From: Mobula hypostoma
Taxonomy: Eukaryota
Direction: 5' to 3'
DNA: 64,000 nt
Assembly: GCF_963921235.1 (NCBI RefSeq)
Contig: NC_086097.1
Span: 9,982,001-10,046,000 of the forward strand
Within the stretch, counting starts at the first letter, position 1. Every line of letters begins with the position of its first letter. The notes under the pieces were generated by a model that ran no database searches, was not told where the DNA came from, and worked only from the letters and a program-made list of their open reading frames with translations. The position numbers and the translations under genes are program-made. Of the stretch, positions 1-12,429 are shown one piece after another.

Positions 1-499
1 TGCAGAACTTTACAATGTAGTCCCTCACTGGCCCTCTACCTTGGTGCTGGTCCAGAAGTCAATGGGCAGCTGTGTGACCCTATATGAGAATATCTAAAAC
101 TCCCTTGAACTTGACAACAAATTGCCAGAATGAGTGAGCTGCAGGGGAACAAGCTGAATGTAAGTCCATCTAAGACATTCACCATGTCTGCTAGTTTATG
201 TGTATCATCACTAAACTGACCAGACTAGGCTTGGAAGGTTGGTCCACACCGGGTAATAAAATTCCTGTAACAATCGGTGTAACCAGAGCATCTGTCTGGT
301 GGAGAAATACTCAGTTCTGATCCAGCACAGTTACAAGAGTCTGGACCTTAGTGGCCAGTGTTGCTAAGGCTGTTGAAGAGGAGCATCTGGGAGATGCTAG
401 GAGTGAGATTGACATAGCCAGAACTGTTAATTTGTGGCAATGAGAGTGGTAATGGCTGTCGCCCATTTCTTACTGTTGGTAGTTAGCTGCTGGACCACG

Positions 500-3400
500 A
501 CTAGGAGAACAGTAATTGCTGCCTCCTGGTGAGTTGGCGAACTGTCGCTGCAAGGATTGGTACTGCAAGGGAAGATCAAAGGTAGTAATCTCAGGATTAC
601 TGCCTGTGCCACGCGACAGTGAGTATAGGATAGAGGGAGGTGGAGGATAGATGCCTGGCTGAGGGATTGGAGCAGGGGACAGGGATTCAGATTTCTGGAT
701 CATTGGGACCTCTTTTGGGGTAGACGTGACCTGTACAAAAAGGACAGATTTCACTTGAATCTAAGGGGGACCAATACCCTGGCAGGGAGGTTGCTAAAGT
801 TATTGGGGAGAGTTTAAATTAAAATTGCTGGAGGGGTGGGAACCGAACTGAAGAGGTAGAGGAAGGGCCAGTTGGCTCACAGATAGAGAAAGCTTAGAGA
901 CAGTATGAAGGGGAGGATAGGCAGGTGATAGAGAAGGGATGCGCTCAGACCGATGGTTTGAAATGTGTCTATTTTAATACAGGAAGCATCAAGAACAAAG
1001 CAGATGAGCTTAGAGCATGGATCAGCACTTGGAGCTATAATGTTGTGGCCATTACAGAAACTTGTATGGCTCAGTGGCAGGAATGGTGACTTAGAGTGCC
1101 AGGCTTTAAATGTTTCAGAAAGGACAGGGAGGGAGGCAAAAGAGATGGGGGAGTGGCACTGTTGATCAGAGATAGTGTAACAGCTGCAGAAAAGGAGGAA
1201 GTCATGGAGGGGTTGTCTATGGAGTCTCTGTGGGTGGAAGTTAGAAACAGGAAGGGGTCAATAACTTTAATGGGCATTTTGTATAGAGCACCCAATAGTA
1301 ACAGGGACATCAAGAAGCAAATAGGGAGACAGGTTCTGGAAAGGTGTGAATAATAACAGGGTTGTCAAGGTGGGGGATTTTAATTTCCCCAATATTGATT
1401 GGCATCTCCCTAGAGCAAGGGATTTAGATGAGGTGGAGTTTGTTAAGTGTGTTTAGGAAGGGTTCCTGACACAATATGTAGATAAGCCGACAAGCAGAAT
1501 GGCTGTACTTGATCTGGTATTGGGAAATGAACCTGGTCAGGTGTCAGATCTCTCAGTGGGAGAGCATTTTGGAAATAGTGATCTCAATTCTATTTCCTTT
1601 ACCATAGCATTGGAGAGGGATAGGAACAGACAAGTTAGCAAAGCGTTTAATTGGAGTAAGGAGAAATATGAAGCTATCAGGCAGGAATCCTGGAAGCATA
1701 AATTGGAAACAGATGTTCTCAGGGAAATGTATGGCATTCTACATAGGTACGTTCCAATGAGACAGGGAAAGGATGGTAGAGTACAGGAACCATGGTGTAC
1801 AAATACTGTTGAAAATCTAGTCAAGAAGGGAAAAAAAAGCTTACGAAAGGTTCAAAAAACTAGATAATGATAGAGATATGGAAGATTATAAGGCTAGCAG
1901 GAAGGAGCTTAAGAATGAAATTAGGAGAATCAGAAGGGGCCATGAGAAGGCCTTGGTGAACAAGATTAAAGAAAACCCCAAGGCATTCTACAAGTATGTG
2001 AAGAGCAAGATGATAAGACATGAGAGAATAGGACCAATCAAGTGTGAAAGTGGAAAAGTGTGTATGGAACTGGAGGAGATAGCTGAGGTACTTAATGAAT
2101 GCTTTGCTTCTGTATTCACTACAATTATAGGGATGACTTAGAGCAGATTGGAAAGCTTGAACATATAGACATTAAGAATAAGAATGCGCTGGAGCTTTTG
2201 GAAAGCATCAAGTTGGATAAGTCTCTGGGACGAGATGTATCCCAGGCTACTGTGGAAGACGAGGGAGGAGATTGCTGAGCCTCTAGTGATGATCTTTGGG
2301 GTTGGGAGAGGTTCCGGAGGATTGGAGGGTTGCAGATGTTGTTCCTTTATTCAAGAAAGGGAGTAGAGGTAGCCCAGGAAATCATAAGCCACTGATTCTT
2401 ACTTCAGTGGTTGGTAAGTTGATGGAAAAGATCCTGAGAGGCAGGATTTATGAACATTTGGAGAGGTATAATATGATCAGCAATAGGCAGCATGGCTTTG
2501 TCAAAGGCAGGTCGTGCCTTATGAGCCGGATTCAATTTTTGGAGGATGTGACTAAACACGTTGATTTAGGTAGAGTAGTAGATGTAGTATATATGGATTT
2601 CAGCAAGGCATTTGATAAGGTACCCCATGCAAGGCTTATTGAGAAAGTAAGGAGACATGGGATCCAAGGGGACATTGCTATGTGGATCTAGAATTGGCTT
2701 GCCCACAGATGGCAAAGAGTGGTTGTAGACGGGTCATATTCTGCATGGAGGTCAGTGACCAGTGGGGTGCTTCAAGGATCTATTCTGGGACCCCTTCTCT
2801 TTGTGATTTTTATAAATGACCTGGATGAGGAGCTGGAGGGATGGGTTAGTAAATTTGCTGATGACGCAAAGGTTGGGGGTGTTGTGGATAGTGTGGATGG
2901 CTGTCAAAGGTTACAGCAGGGCATCTATACTGGGTTGAGAAATGGCAGATGACGTTCAAGCCAAATAAGTGTGAGGTGGTTCATTTTGGTAGGTCAAGTA
3001 TGATGGCAGAATTTGTTCGTCCATCGTTGACATCGATGAGGACCTCGACACCATTATGATGGTGTCGAGACTAGCGCGTTATTTGGATTTAAGTGAGGGA
3101 GGGTTGCGCAGCGTCAGCCTCACTCTCTCTTCCCAATTCCCATCTGGGTCCAGTGGCAAGACAGAGTCAAGACGGCTGGAGATGGGACTAGGCGCAGTGT
3201 ATGATCAGGACGTCTGATGGCAGAATATTGTATTAATGGTAAGACACTTGGCAGTGCGGAGGATCAGAGGGATCTTGGGATCCGAGCCCATAACTCACTC
3301 AAAGCTGCTGCATGGATTGACTGTGTGGTTAAGAAGGCATACGGTGTATTGGCTGTCAACTGTGGAATTGAGTTTATGAGCCGAGAGGTAATGTTACAGC

Positions 3401-3950
3401 TATATAGGAGCCTGGTCAGACTTCACTTGGAGTATTGGGCTCAGTTCTGGTCCCCTCACTACAGGAAGGATATGGAAACTACAGAAAGGGTACAGAGGAG
3501 ATTTATAAAGATGTTGCCTGGATTGGGGAGCATGCCTTACGAGAACAGGTTGAGTGAATTTGGCCTTCTCTCCTTGAAGCAACGAGGATAAGAGGTGCAT
3601 AAGATGACGAGAGGCATTGATTCTGTGGATAGTGAGAGACTTAATCCCAGGGATGAAATGGTGGCTATCACAAGAGGGCACAGTTTTAAGGTGCTTGGAA
3701 GTAGGTACAGAGGAGATGTCAGGGGTAGGTTTTTTATGCAGAGAGTAGTGACTGTGGAATGAGCTGCTGGTGATGGTTGTCAAGCAGATACGATAGGGTC
3801 TTTTAAGAGACTCTTGGATAGGTACATGGAGATTAGTAAAATAGGGGGCTACGGGTAATTCTTGGAAATTTTTAAAGTAAGTAGATATTAGGCACAGCAT
3901 TGTGGGCCGAAGTGCCTGTATGGGGCTGTAGTTTTTCTATGTTTCTATGA
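500..3950 (+). mobile_element. CR1-clade LINE, decayed (end of ORF1 SGNH esterase + fragmented ORF2 APE-RT)
   Basis: ~570-800 translates to KVVISGLLPVPR...FLDHWDLFWG...LYKKDRFHLN (esterase ORF1). ORF2 fragments GGVALLIR, VYMDFSKAFDKVPH, QGSILGP, KFADD, with stops and frameshifts. 3' tail tttctatgtttctatg ~3933-3949. Confidence 0.93.
3013..3214 (-). mobile_element. 202-bp RTE-related non-autonomous element/SINE fragment inserted in CR1
   Basis: 12-bp TSD tgatggcagaat at 3001-3012 and 3215-3226. Minus-strand end gtcctcatcgatgtcaacgatggacgaacaa resembles RTE 3' ends. Hairpin ctcgacacca...tggtgtcgag. Confidence 0.75.
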
Positions 3951-4149
3951 TACCTGGTCATCCCACTGACACTGGGTTTGCTACTCTGAAAGTAACTGTT
4001 GCACTGTATGAGAAACGTCAGCCAATCCAACTTCTACTAATTTTAGTTACTCCTCCACAAACTTCAATTTGGATTGGGCTTGTCACTCTGGGAGTATCTG
4101 CTGCACTGCTACAGTTACTTCTCCCAACACAACTTCAAGTAACTGTGTT

Positions 4150-6400
4150 TTCTCTCCTATTTGCTTCAAAAAGGCAACAATTACACCAGTGCCTAAGAAG
4201 AATAACGTGAGCTGTCTCAATGACTTTCGCCCGGTAGCACTCACATCTACAGTGATGAAATGCTTTGAGAGGTTGGTCATGACTAGACTGAACTCCTGCC
4301 TCAGCAAGGACCTAGACCTATTGCAATTTGCCTATTGCCACAATAGGTCAAACTGAGATGCAAACTCAATGGCTCATCGCACGGCCTTAGACCTCCTGGA
4401 TAATACAAACACCTATGTGAGGATGCTGTTCGTCATGCTCGTCAGCATTTAACACCATAATTCCCACAATCCTGATTGAGAAGCTGCAGAACCTGGGCCT
4501 CTGTACCTCCCTCTGCAATTGGATCCTTGACTTCCTAACCAGAAGACCACAATCTGTGCAGGTTGGTGATAGTATCTCTTCCTCACTGACAATCAACACT
4601 GGTGCACCTCAGGGGTGTGTGCTTAGCCCACTGCTCTACTCTCTATATACCCATGACTGTGTGGCTAGGCATAGCTCAGATACCATCTATAAATTTGCTG
4701 ATGATACAACCATTGTTGGTAGAATCCCAGATGGAGAGCATGCAGGAGTGAAATATACCAACTAGTGGAGTGGTGTCGCAGCAACAACCGTACACTCAAC
4801 ATCAGTAATACAAAAGAGGTGACTGTGGACTTCAGGAAGGGTAAGACGAAGGAACACATAACAATCCTCATAGAGGGATCAGAAGTGGAGAGAGTGAGCA
4901 GTTTCAAGTTTCTAAGTGTCAAGATCTTTGGGGACTTAACCTGGTCCCAACATACCGATGCAGTTATAAAGAAGGCAAGACAGCAACTATACTTTATTAG
5001 GAGTTCGAAGAAATTTGGTACGTCAACAAACACACTGAACAACTTCTATGCACGTACCATGGAGAGCATTCTGACAGGCTGCATCACTGTCTGGTATGGC
5101 GGGGTGGAAGTCTACGGCACAGGACTGAAAGAAGTTGCAGAGAGTTGTAAGTTTAGTCGGCTCTATCTTGGGTACTAGCCCACAAAGTACCCAGGACATC
5201 TTCAAGGAGTGGTGTCTCAGCAAGGCAGTGCCCATTATTAAGGACCTCCAGCACCCAGGGCATCCCCTTTTTTCACTATTGTCATCAGGTAGGAGGTACA
5301 AAAGCCTGAAGACACACGCTCAGCGATTCAAAAACAGCTTCTTCCCCTCTGCTATCGGATTCCTAAATGGACATTGAACCCGTGAACACCACCTCACATT
5401 TTAATATATATTGTTTCAGCTTTTTGGACAATTTTTAATCTATTCAATATGAATGAATGAAATGAAATATCTTTATTGTCATTGCATAGTACAATTTGTC
5501 ATGCACCAATACAGTGAAAATGAGTTTGCAACTCTCATACTCAATGCTATAAAACAACAAATAAAATAAATAAACAATAAATAAAATCAAGTAACCGGCC
5601 AGTATAAGCAATGTCCAGCTGTACAAAAGTGCAACTCAGATGTATGATAGCCATAAAACCAGTTTTAAAGTAGCAAAATAACAATTTTATGGATGATGCT
5701 TGATTGATTGGTTTAGAGCAATTATAGCTCTTGGGGAAGAAGCTATTTTTCGGTCTGGAAGTGCGGGCATAGAAAATCTTATAACGTCTGCCAGATGGAA
5801 GAAGTTCAAACAGGTGATTGTATGGGTGTGTATAGTCCTTACAGATGCTTGTAGCTTTCCTTAGGCAGCAAGAGCTGTGGGTGTCCTCCAGGGCTGGGAG
5901 CTGTGTCCGGATGATCTTCTATGCGCTGGAGACGACCCGCTGAAGTGCTTTCCTATCAGCTGCTGTATAACTGAGATATCACGCAGAGATGCAGTATGTT
6001 AAAATGCTCTCTATAGTGCAGCGGTAAAAGGTCACCAGCATCTGTTCAGGTAGACCAGCTTTCTTCAGCGTCCTGAGGAAAAACAAGTGTTGCTGTGTTT
6101 TCTTAACTATTGTAGTGGTGTTAGTGGACCATGTAAGGTCTTCTGAGATATGTATTCCCAGAAACCTGAAACTGGACTCTCTCTCCACTATGTCTCCGTT
6201 AATGTAGACTGGAGCGTACTCGTCATCCGGTGTACATATAGTGTAATTGATTTACTTATTTTGTTTATTATTATGATTTTTTTTTTCCTCTTCTTCCTCT
6301 TCTTCTTCTTCTATGATATGTATTGCATTGAACTGCTGCTGCTAGGCTAACAAATTTCACCACACATGCCGGTCATAATAAATCTGATTCTGATTCTGAT
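4150..6400 (+). mobile_element. Rex1/Babar-clade LINE, 5'-truncated and decayed
   Basis: [13 protein letters not shown]...[52 protein letters not shown]. Tail aataaatctgattctgattctga ~6378-6400. Confidence 0.9.
5451..6230 (-). mobile_element. Second Rex1/Babar 3' fragment nested in the 3' UTR of the first
   Basis: ORF 5979-6188 FRFLGIHISEDLTWSTNT...FYRCTIESILTYCI. The host 3' UTR (tattcaatat|gtacatatag) resumes after it. Confidence 0.8.
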
Positions 6401-6889
6401 TTGGCTAATGAATTTCAGCAAGTGATTCTCTCTTTGCTGGGTCCGTTTCTTTAGGTCAAGACTGGCTAACTTAAGTGTGTGCTTACAGCTCAAGTGTAGA
6501 GGGAGAGTGCTTGCTGAACCTATTCTGCAGCCTGGCCTCTGCAATCGGAAGCCCTGGATGAACCAGAAGCTCTGAGATACACCAAGGCCAAGACAAAATT
6601 AATATTCAGAAGGAAGGGTATGCTGAATGTTGTTTACCTGTTGCAAAGAGCTGTTAAAAGAGGGCATAATGGTGATTTGGTCTGAGGTAATGTTTTTCTG
6701 GGAGTAGCCACACAAAAGGTTAATTCCACACTCCATGGCATTTATTGGTGTGACTAATTTAAGATTGCACCTGATGAAGAGTCTTTGCCCAAAACATCAA
6801 CCCTTAATTCATTTCCATTGATGCTGCCTAACCTGCTGAGTTCGTCCAGTATATTTTGTGTGCTGGTTAAGACTGTATTTATTCTTCAT

Positions 6890-7100
6890 TTCATTGAGAT
6901 GCAACATGGAATAGGCCTTTCAAGCCATGCTGCCGAGCAATCTCCTGACTTTAGCCCTAGCCTAATCATGGGACAATTTACAATGACTAATTAACCTACG
7001 AGATAGTGTGTCTTTGGAACGTGGAAGGAAACCGAAGCTCCCGGAGGAAACCTGTGTGGTTGCAAGGAGAACGTACAAGCTCCTTAGAGGCAGTGGCAGG
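6890..7100 (-). mobile_element. V-domain SINE fragment
   Basis: Reverse complement carries the ggtttcctccgggagcttcggtttccttccacgttccaaagac V-core also seen at 25750 and 63200. Confidence 0.65.
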
Positions 7101-8182
7101 AGCCTTATTTGGAATTTATCAGCTGTTGCCTGTAAACGATGAAATGTTATACTTATTATGTTCTCAACAGAAAAGTATTTCTATTACATTTTACTTGTTC
7201 GGTTACTGTTTGCTGCGTTTAAACTGATATACAAAATAATGCCATTTAATGTCCAGAGATGTGTAAACTTGTTATCACTCTACCATAGAAAAGGATTTAA
7301 TTGGCATTTAATGTGGTCAAAACATAGTTTATTCAACCACAAAATGAAAATGTTCAAAATCTCTGTTTAACCTTCCCCAGCGATGCAGTCAACTGGATCA
7401 TACTGTGTTCAAATTAAGTCACACAGCATTACAGAAATTGCCTTATTATAAAAGATGTTAATATTGCCTTAAACACTTGTTCTACTGTGAACTGATTAAA
7501 TGATAGACTTGGAAGAGTAGGCTTAATTATATCAGAGTGCTGGGTAACAGGAGATAAGGAAAACATTCTAACTATCAGAAACATTGTTTTTTTTATTTAT
7601 TCAAAGTTCTAAGCAATTCAGATAATTGACAGATCACCTTTCTGTAATAACTTCAGATGGTGTTAAAGTAATTTTTTTTGCTTAATAGATTTGTACTGAG
7701 TTTCTCCATATGTTACTTTATCTGATTTATAGCAACTAGTTCAAAGAGGACTCTGTCATGATTATGTTCAGGTTTAGTATGAGAATATCAATCATTATAT
7801 TTCCCGCTCTGGATTGATGAGGATCTAGGTGGGTGAGATAGCAAAGGGCTCTCAAGAACGCTCATGTCCTGTTGCTAAAATTAATTCTGACAGAAACAAA
7901 ATACAAGAGAGATAACTGCCCAGAAACCGAGTGAAGCTGGGCTCTCTCGCCTCGGTGCTGATGAAATCCGCAGCTGTGGCCTGCAGCTGTCGGGCACTTG
8001 GACTTGCTTCACTCGCTCAGCGCTGAATGAACTCCACAGCTGTGGCCTGCAGCCTTCAGGCTCCTGGACCGGCCTCGCTCACCTCAGCATCGAACTTGCT
8101 CTGTGGCTTGGATTTACTTTCATGGACTCTGCAGTTCATGTTCTGTACACTATTTGCTTACTTTTTTTTAATTGTTTCCATG

Positions 8183-9377
8183 CAAACACGAGGAAATCTG
8201 CAGATGCTGGAAATTCAAGCAATACACACAAAATGCTGGTGGAACGCAGCAGGCCAGGCAGCATCCATAGGAAGAAGCACAGTCGACGTTTCGGACTGAG
8301 ACCCTTCATCAGGACTAACTGAAAGAAGAGATGGTAAGAGATTTGAAAGTGGGAAGGGGAGGGGGAGATCCGAAATGATAGGAGAAGACAGGAGGGGGAG
8401 GGATGGAGTTAAGAGCTGGAAAGTTGATTGGCAAAAGGGATACAAGGCTGGAGAAGGGAGAGGATCATGGGACGGGAAGCCTAGGGAGAAAGAAAGGAGG
8501 AGGGGAGTGCCCGAGTAAGGTGGAGAGCAGGCAAGGAGTTATTGTGAGAGGGACAGAGAGAGAAAAAAAGAGAGACAGATAAAAAAAGGGAAAAATACTA
8601 AATGAATGAATGAATAAATAAATAAAGGATGGGGTAAGAAGGGGAGAAGGGGCATTAACGGAGGATGCGGCCTTTTATATATTGGCGAGACCCGAGGCAG
8701 ACTGGGAGACCGTTTCGCTGAACACCTACGCTCTGTCTGCCAGAGAAAGCAGGATCTCCCAGTGGCCACACATTTTAATTCCACGTCCCATTCCCATTCT
8801 GATATGACTGTCCATGGCCTCCTCTACTGTCAAGATGAAGCCACACTCAGGTTGGAGGAATAACACCTTACATTCCGTCTGGGTAGCCTCCAACCTGATA
8901 GCATGAACATTGACTTCTCAAACTTCCATTAATGCCCCCTCCCCTTCTTACCCCATCCCTTTATTTATTTGTTTGTTTGTTTTTTGTTTATTTATTTATT
9001 ACTTTTTCCTTTTTTCTCTCTCTCTCATTTTTCTCTCTCTGTCCCTCTCACAATAGCTCCTTGCCTGCTCTCCATCTTCCTCTGGTGCTCTCCTCCCCCT
9101 TTCTTTCTCCCTAGGTCTCCTATCCCATGATCCTCTTCCTTCTCCAGACTTGTATCCCTTTTGCCAATCAACTTTCCAGCTCTTAGCTCTATTCCTTCCC
9201 CCCCCCCCCGTCTTCTCCTATCATCTCGGATCTCCCACTCCCCCTCCCACTTTCAAATCTCTTACTATCTCTCTTCCAGTTAGTCTTGACGAAGGGTCTC
9301 AGCCCGAAACGTCGACTCTGCTTCTTCCTATGGATGCTGTCTGGCCTGCTGTGTTCCACCAGCATTTTGTGTGTGTT
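8183..9377. mobile_element. Penelope-like element with inverted arrangement (minus pLTR 8183-~8662; plus GIY-YIG end + pLTR ~8663-9377)
   Basis: 12-bp TSD attgtttccatg at 8171-8182 and 9378-9389. YIGETRGRLGDRFAEHLRSV GIY-YIG remnant. Mirror-image terminal repeats. Confidence 0.9.
8280..8321 (-). ncRNA. Minimal type I hammerhead ribozyme motif in Penelope pLTR
   Basis: Reverse complement cagttAGTC-CTGATGA-agggtctcagtcc-GAAA-cGTC-GACT; core boxes intact. Confidence 0.7.
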
Positions 9378-10349
9378 ATTGTTTCCATGATTTGTTCTGT
9401 TTTATGTGAGTTATGTCTTTGTTGTGTGAGTGTTTCTTAATGGATTCTGTTGTTTTGTGGCTGTTTGTTAGAATTGAATTGAACTGAATTGACTTTATTA
9501 CTTACATCCTTCATATACATGAAGAGTAAAATTCTTTACATTACATCTCTGTCTAAATGTGCAATGTGCAATTTATAGTAATTATAACAAATTTTAAAAA
9601 TTACTAAGGAGATGAATCTCAAGGTTGTTTATGGTGTACATACTTTGTTAATAAATCCACTTTGAATTTTGAACTATGAACTTTAAATTTGCAACCAAAC
9701 ACAAACCTACATCACCCAAGATATAGCTTAGATTTATACTTGAACACAGTAATGTTTTCGCTGTTATATATGTTTTCCGATCAGAGAAAATTAGGGCCTT
9801 TTTATTTTCCAATAAAGTTTTAGCAATCCTCATTTATTCTAATTTTAATGTTTACAGCCCCTATAATGAAGGCAGCATCAGTGATCAGAGTACCACAAAG
9901 TGGAAAAAATTGCCCAAACTGTTTTTTTTAAATGGGTGTTCATATGATGGAGTAAAATGCAATGAATATTGAAGCACACATTTGATTCATATTGGAACAC
10001 ACTCTCTTTGTTAATATAATTTTTATATTTCAAAATATACTTCATTTGTAATTAAATATTTACAAGAATAAATATAGTAAGATGGTGCCCATGAACCATG
10101 GCAACATTCTGTGAGCTACTTACAATACCTCTAAATGTATCTCTTTTAAATTACTCTCACTGCAATAAGCAGCACATAACAATTTCCCTTTAAGCAGTGT
10201 ACTTTTAAATCGATTTAATGCACTACAGATTTCATGAAATTCTGAAGGACTCGGTGGAATTAACTTTCAAGCAGAAAGGCATGGCATCTTTAAGTGGACA
10301 AATGTTTATCACCATGGCCTGAAGTGATGGAGGAGGGGAGAACTTCAGA

Positions 10350-10970
10350 CCAGGTTGAAAGACAGAGGAATGAAACTCCCTTTACCTAGCATCTTGTCAA
10401 CAAATGTGCAGTCATTGGAGAACAAAATTGAGGACTTGAGTTCTAAATTGCTGTGTCAGAAGGAAATGAGAGATTGATGTATTCTTAGTTTGATTGAAAC
10501 ATGGCTTTAACCCAACACACCAAGTATGGTGATCAGACCCAAAAGTTTCTTGATTTATAGGTTTGACCAAACTGATGATTTGGAAAAGACAAAAGGTGGA
10601 GTTGTGTGTTTCTTGATAAAGTCTTGGTGGTGGTTTTGTCAAACTCATGTTCTACCGAACTTGAACACATAACAATCAAATGACGTCTGTTCTATTTACC
10701 TAGGGATCACTCATTCATAACTCCTCACTGGAGTTTGCATTGGAGTGGCTAACTATAATCAAGCACTTGAGATATTGCACAATGCGATCTCCAGACAAGA
10801 AGCAGTCCATCCCAAAGCATTTCAAATAGTAGTTGAGGACTTTAACCGGCCTCGTTTGAAAAAAAATCCCTGCCTAATTAGCATCAGCTTATAACCTATA
10901 GCACCAAAGGTCCCAACACTCTAGACCGTTTTTACACTAAGATAAGGGATGCCTACTGTTCCATGCCCCA
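10350..10970 (+). mobile_element. Decayed APE-endonuclease fragment of a Rex1/Babar-like LINE
   Basis: PSILSTNVQSLENKIEDL..., ETWL, KGGVVCFL and DFN-like motifs across frameshifts. Confidence 0.7.
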
Positions 10971-12429
10971 AACAATAATAAGCTTAGACTTTTATGAGGT
11001 TTAGTTTTATTAAGTAGACATTTTATGACCTGTGTTGTCCATTTGTATAACAACATGGTTATTTCAGTGTGCTGAAACCATTTTTAAAACATGAAAGCTG
11101 AATTCCATTTCTCTGAAAACAAATTTCATTTGATCTCACCCGCAATTGTCTAGTAAGGGATGATAGAACCCTGGAATTGTAATTACCCATTGTAATTTAA
11201 AGGGGTTCTCAGAAATGTCTGGCACTAGCCCTTGTTTCATACTAGAGTTCTTTAAGTAAAAATCTTATCTCATACAACAATCCTTTCTGGGACCAACCTG
11301 CATTGGCAAAGCATGTCAGGGATATGGCTCTTGCTGCACTAGTTATAGAGTCATAGAAAAGTACAGCACAAAAACAGGCCTTTTGGCCCATTTAGTCCAT
11401 GCCAATCCATTTAATCTGCCTAATTTAGATTTATTGTACTATAGAAACCCTTTAGAATTACTTGTTGGGCAGTTTAACTTTGCCAGTTGAAAGTGTCTAA
11501 ATCATTTCTAAGTCAAAATTGCATTAACTTATTGATTGCTTGTCTTTATACATGGTAACAATCTTGATCTTTATTTTCAGAACAGCATGTAATAAAAAAA
11601 GTCAGATCTTATTCTCAATCAATGGATCAACATGTTCATGCAACCCTGTAAAAATGCTTTAAAATGTGAAAAGCTGTAAAGAATGTGGAAAGTTGTAATC
11701 AAAAAACTACCGACTTCGCCTTTTTTGTCAACGCAACTCTTACTTCTCTGTGTTAAGTGTCTGGGAAATCTCTGACTGCTAACATGAAGTTCATTAATAT
11801 AACATTATGAATTGAATCATGAAGAGATTTTATGGAACAAAATGACTTTGAACTATCAAAAGTTGATAGAAAATGTTACAGTTTGTGAAGATGATTTGTG
11901 GATGACTTTATTCCGTTTAGTGCCTGATATGATGCATAAGCAAGAAGGCATGAACATTATCTCCTTAAAAGATGCTAATGTTACATTTCACATTACAGAA
12001 CACTAATGAATACTCATCATTTATCAGCATGAAGTAACTGCAGTGATGGGCAGATAAAAGGACAGATGGGAAACATTGTGCTTAATTAGGCACATAACCA
12101 TTGAGCAAATGGCTGAGAGGTCATTGCTCTTTCAACAAATTTGGAAAAGATAGGATGAACTCCAAGCCCTGTCAGTGTAATGACTTGCACATCCCTGAGA
12201 AATTGTCCTATAGCATGTAGTTCCAGGGTGATGTGAGAGCCGTTACAACCATTTTCATTAAAAAATGGGCAATAAGTGAAGGGAAAATGCAAAGGAACAT
12301 AATCACCCGTGTTTTAAGTTAAATGACTGAATCTGACTGATAGAAACAGACAAAATGTTGGCAGGAATTGAGAGAGTAGATTATAGGAAACTTATATGTC
12401 ATCGAGATGGAGTCTGTAGTGCAAGGGAA

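Noticed and set aside
9648..9833. Minus-strand ORF with a GTAGGT donor
   Set aside because: In-frame stop immediately upstream, no usable acceptor and no recognisable peptide.
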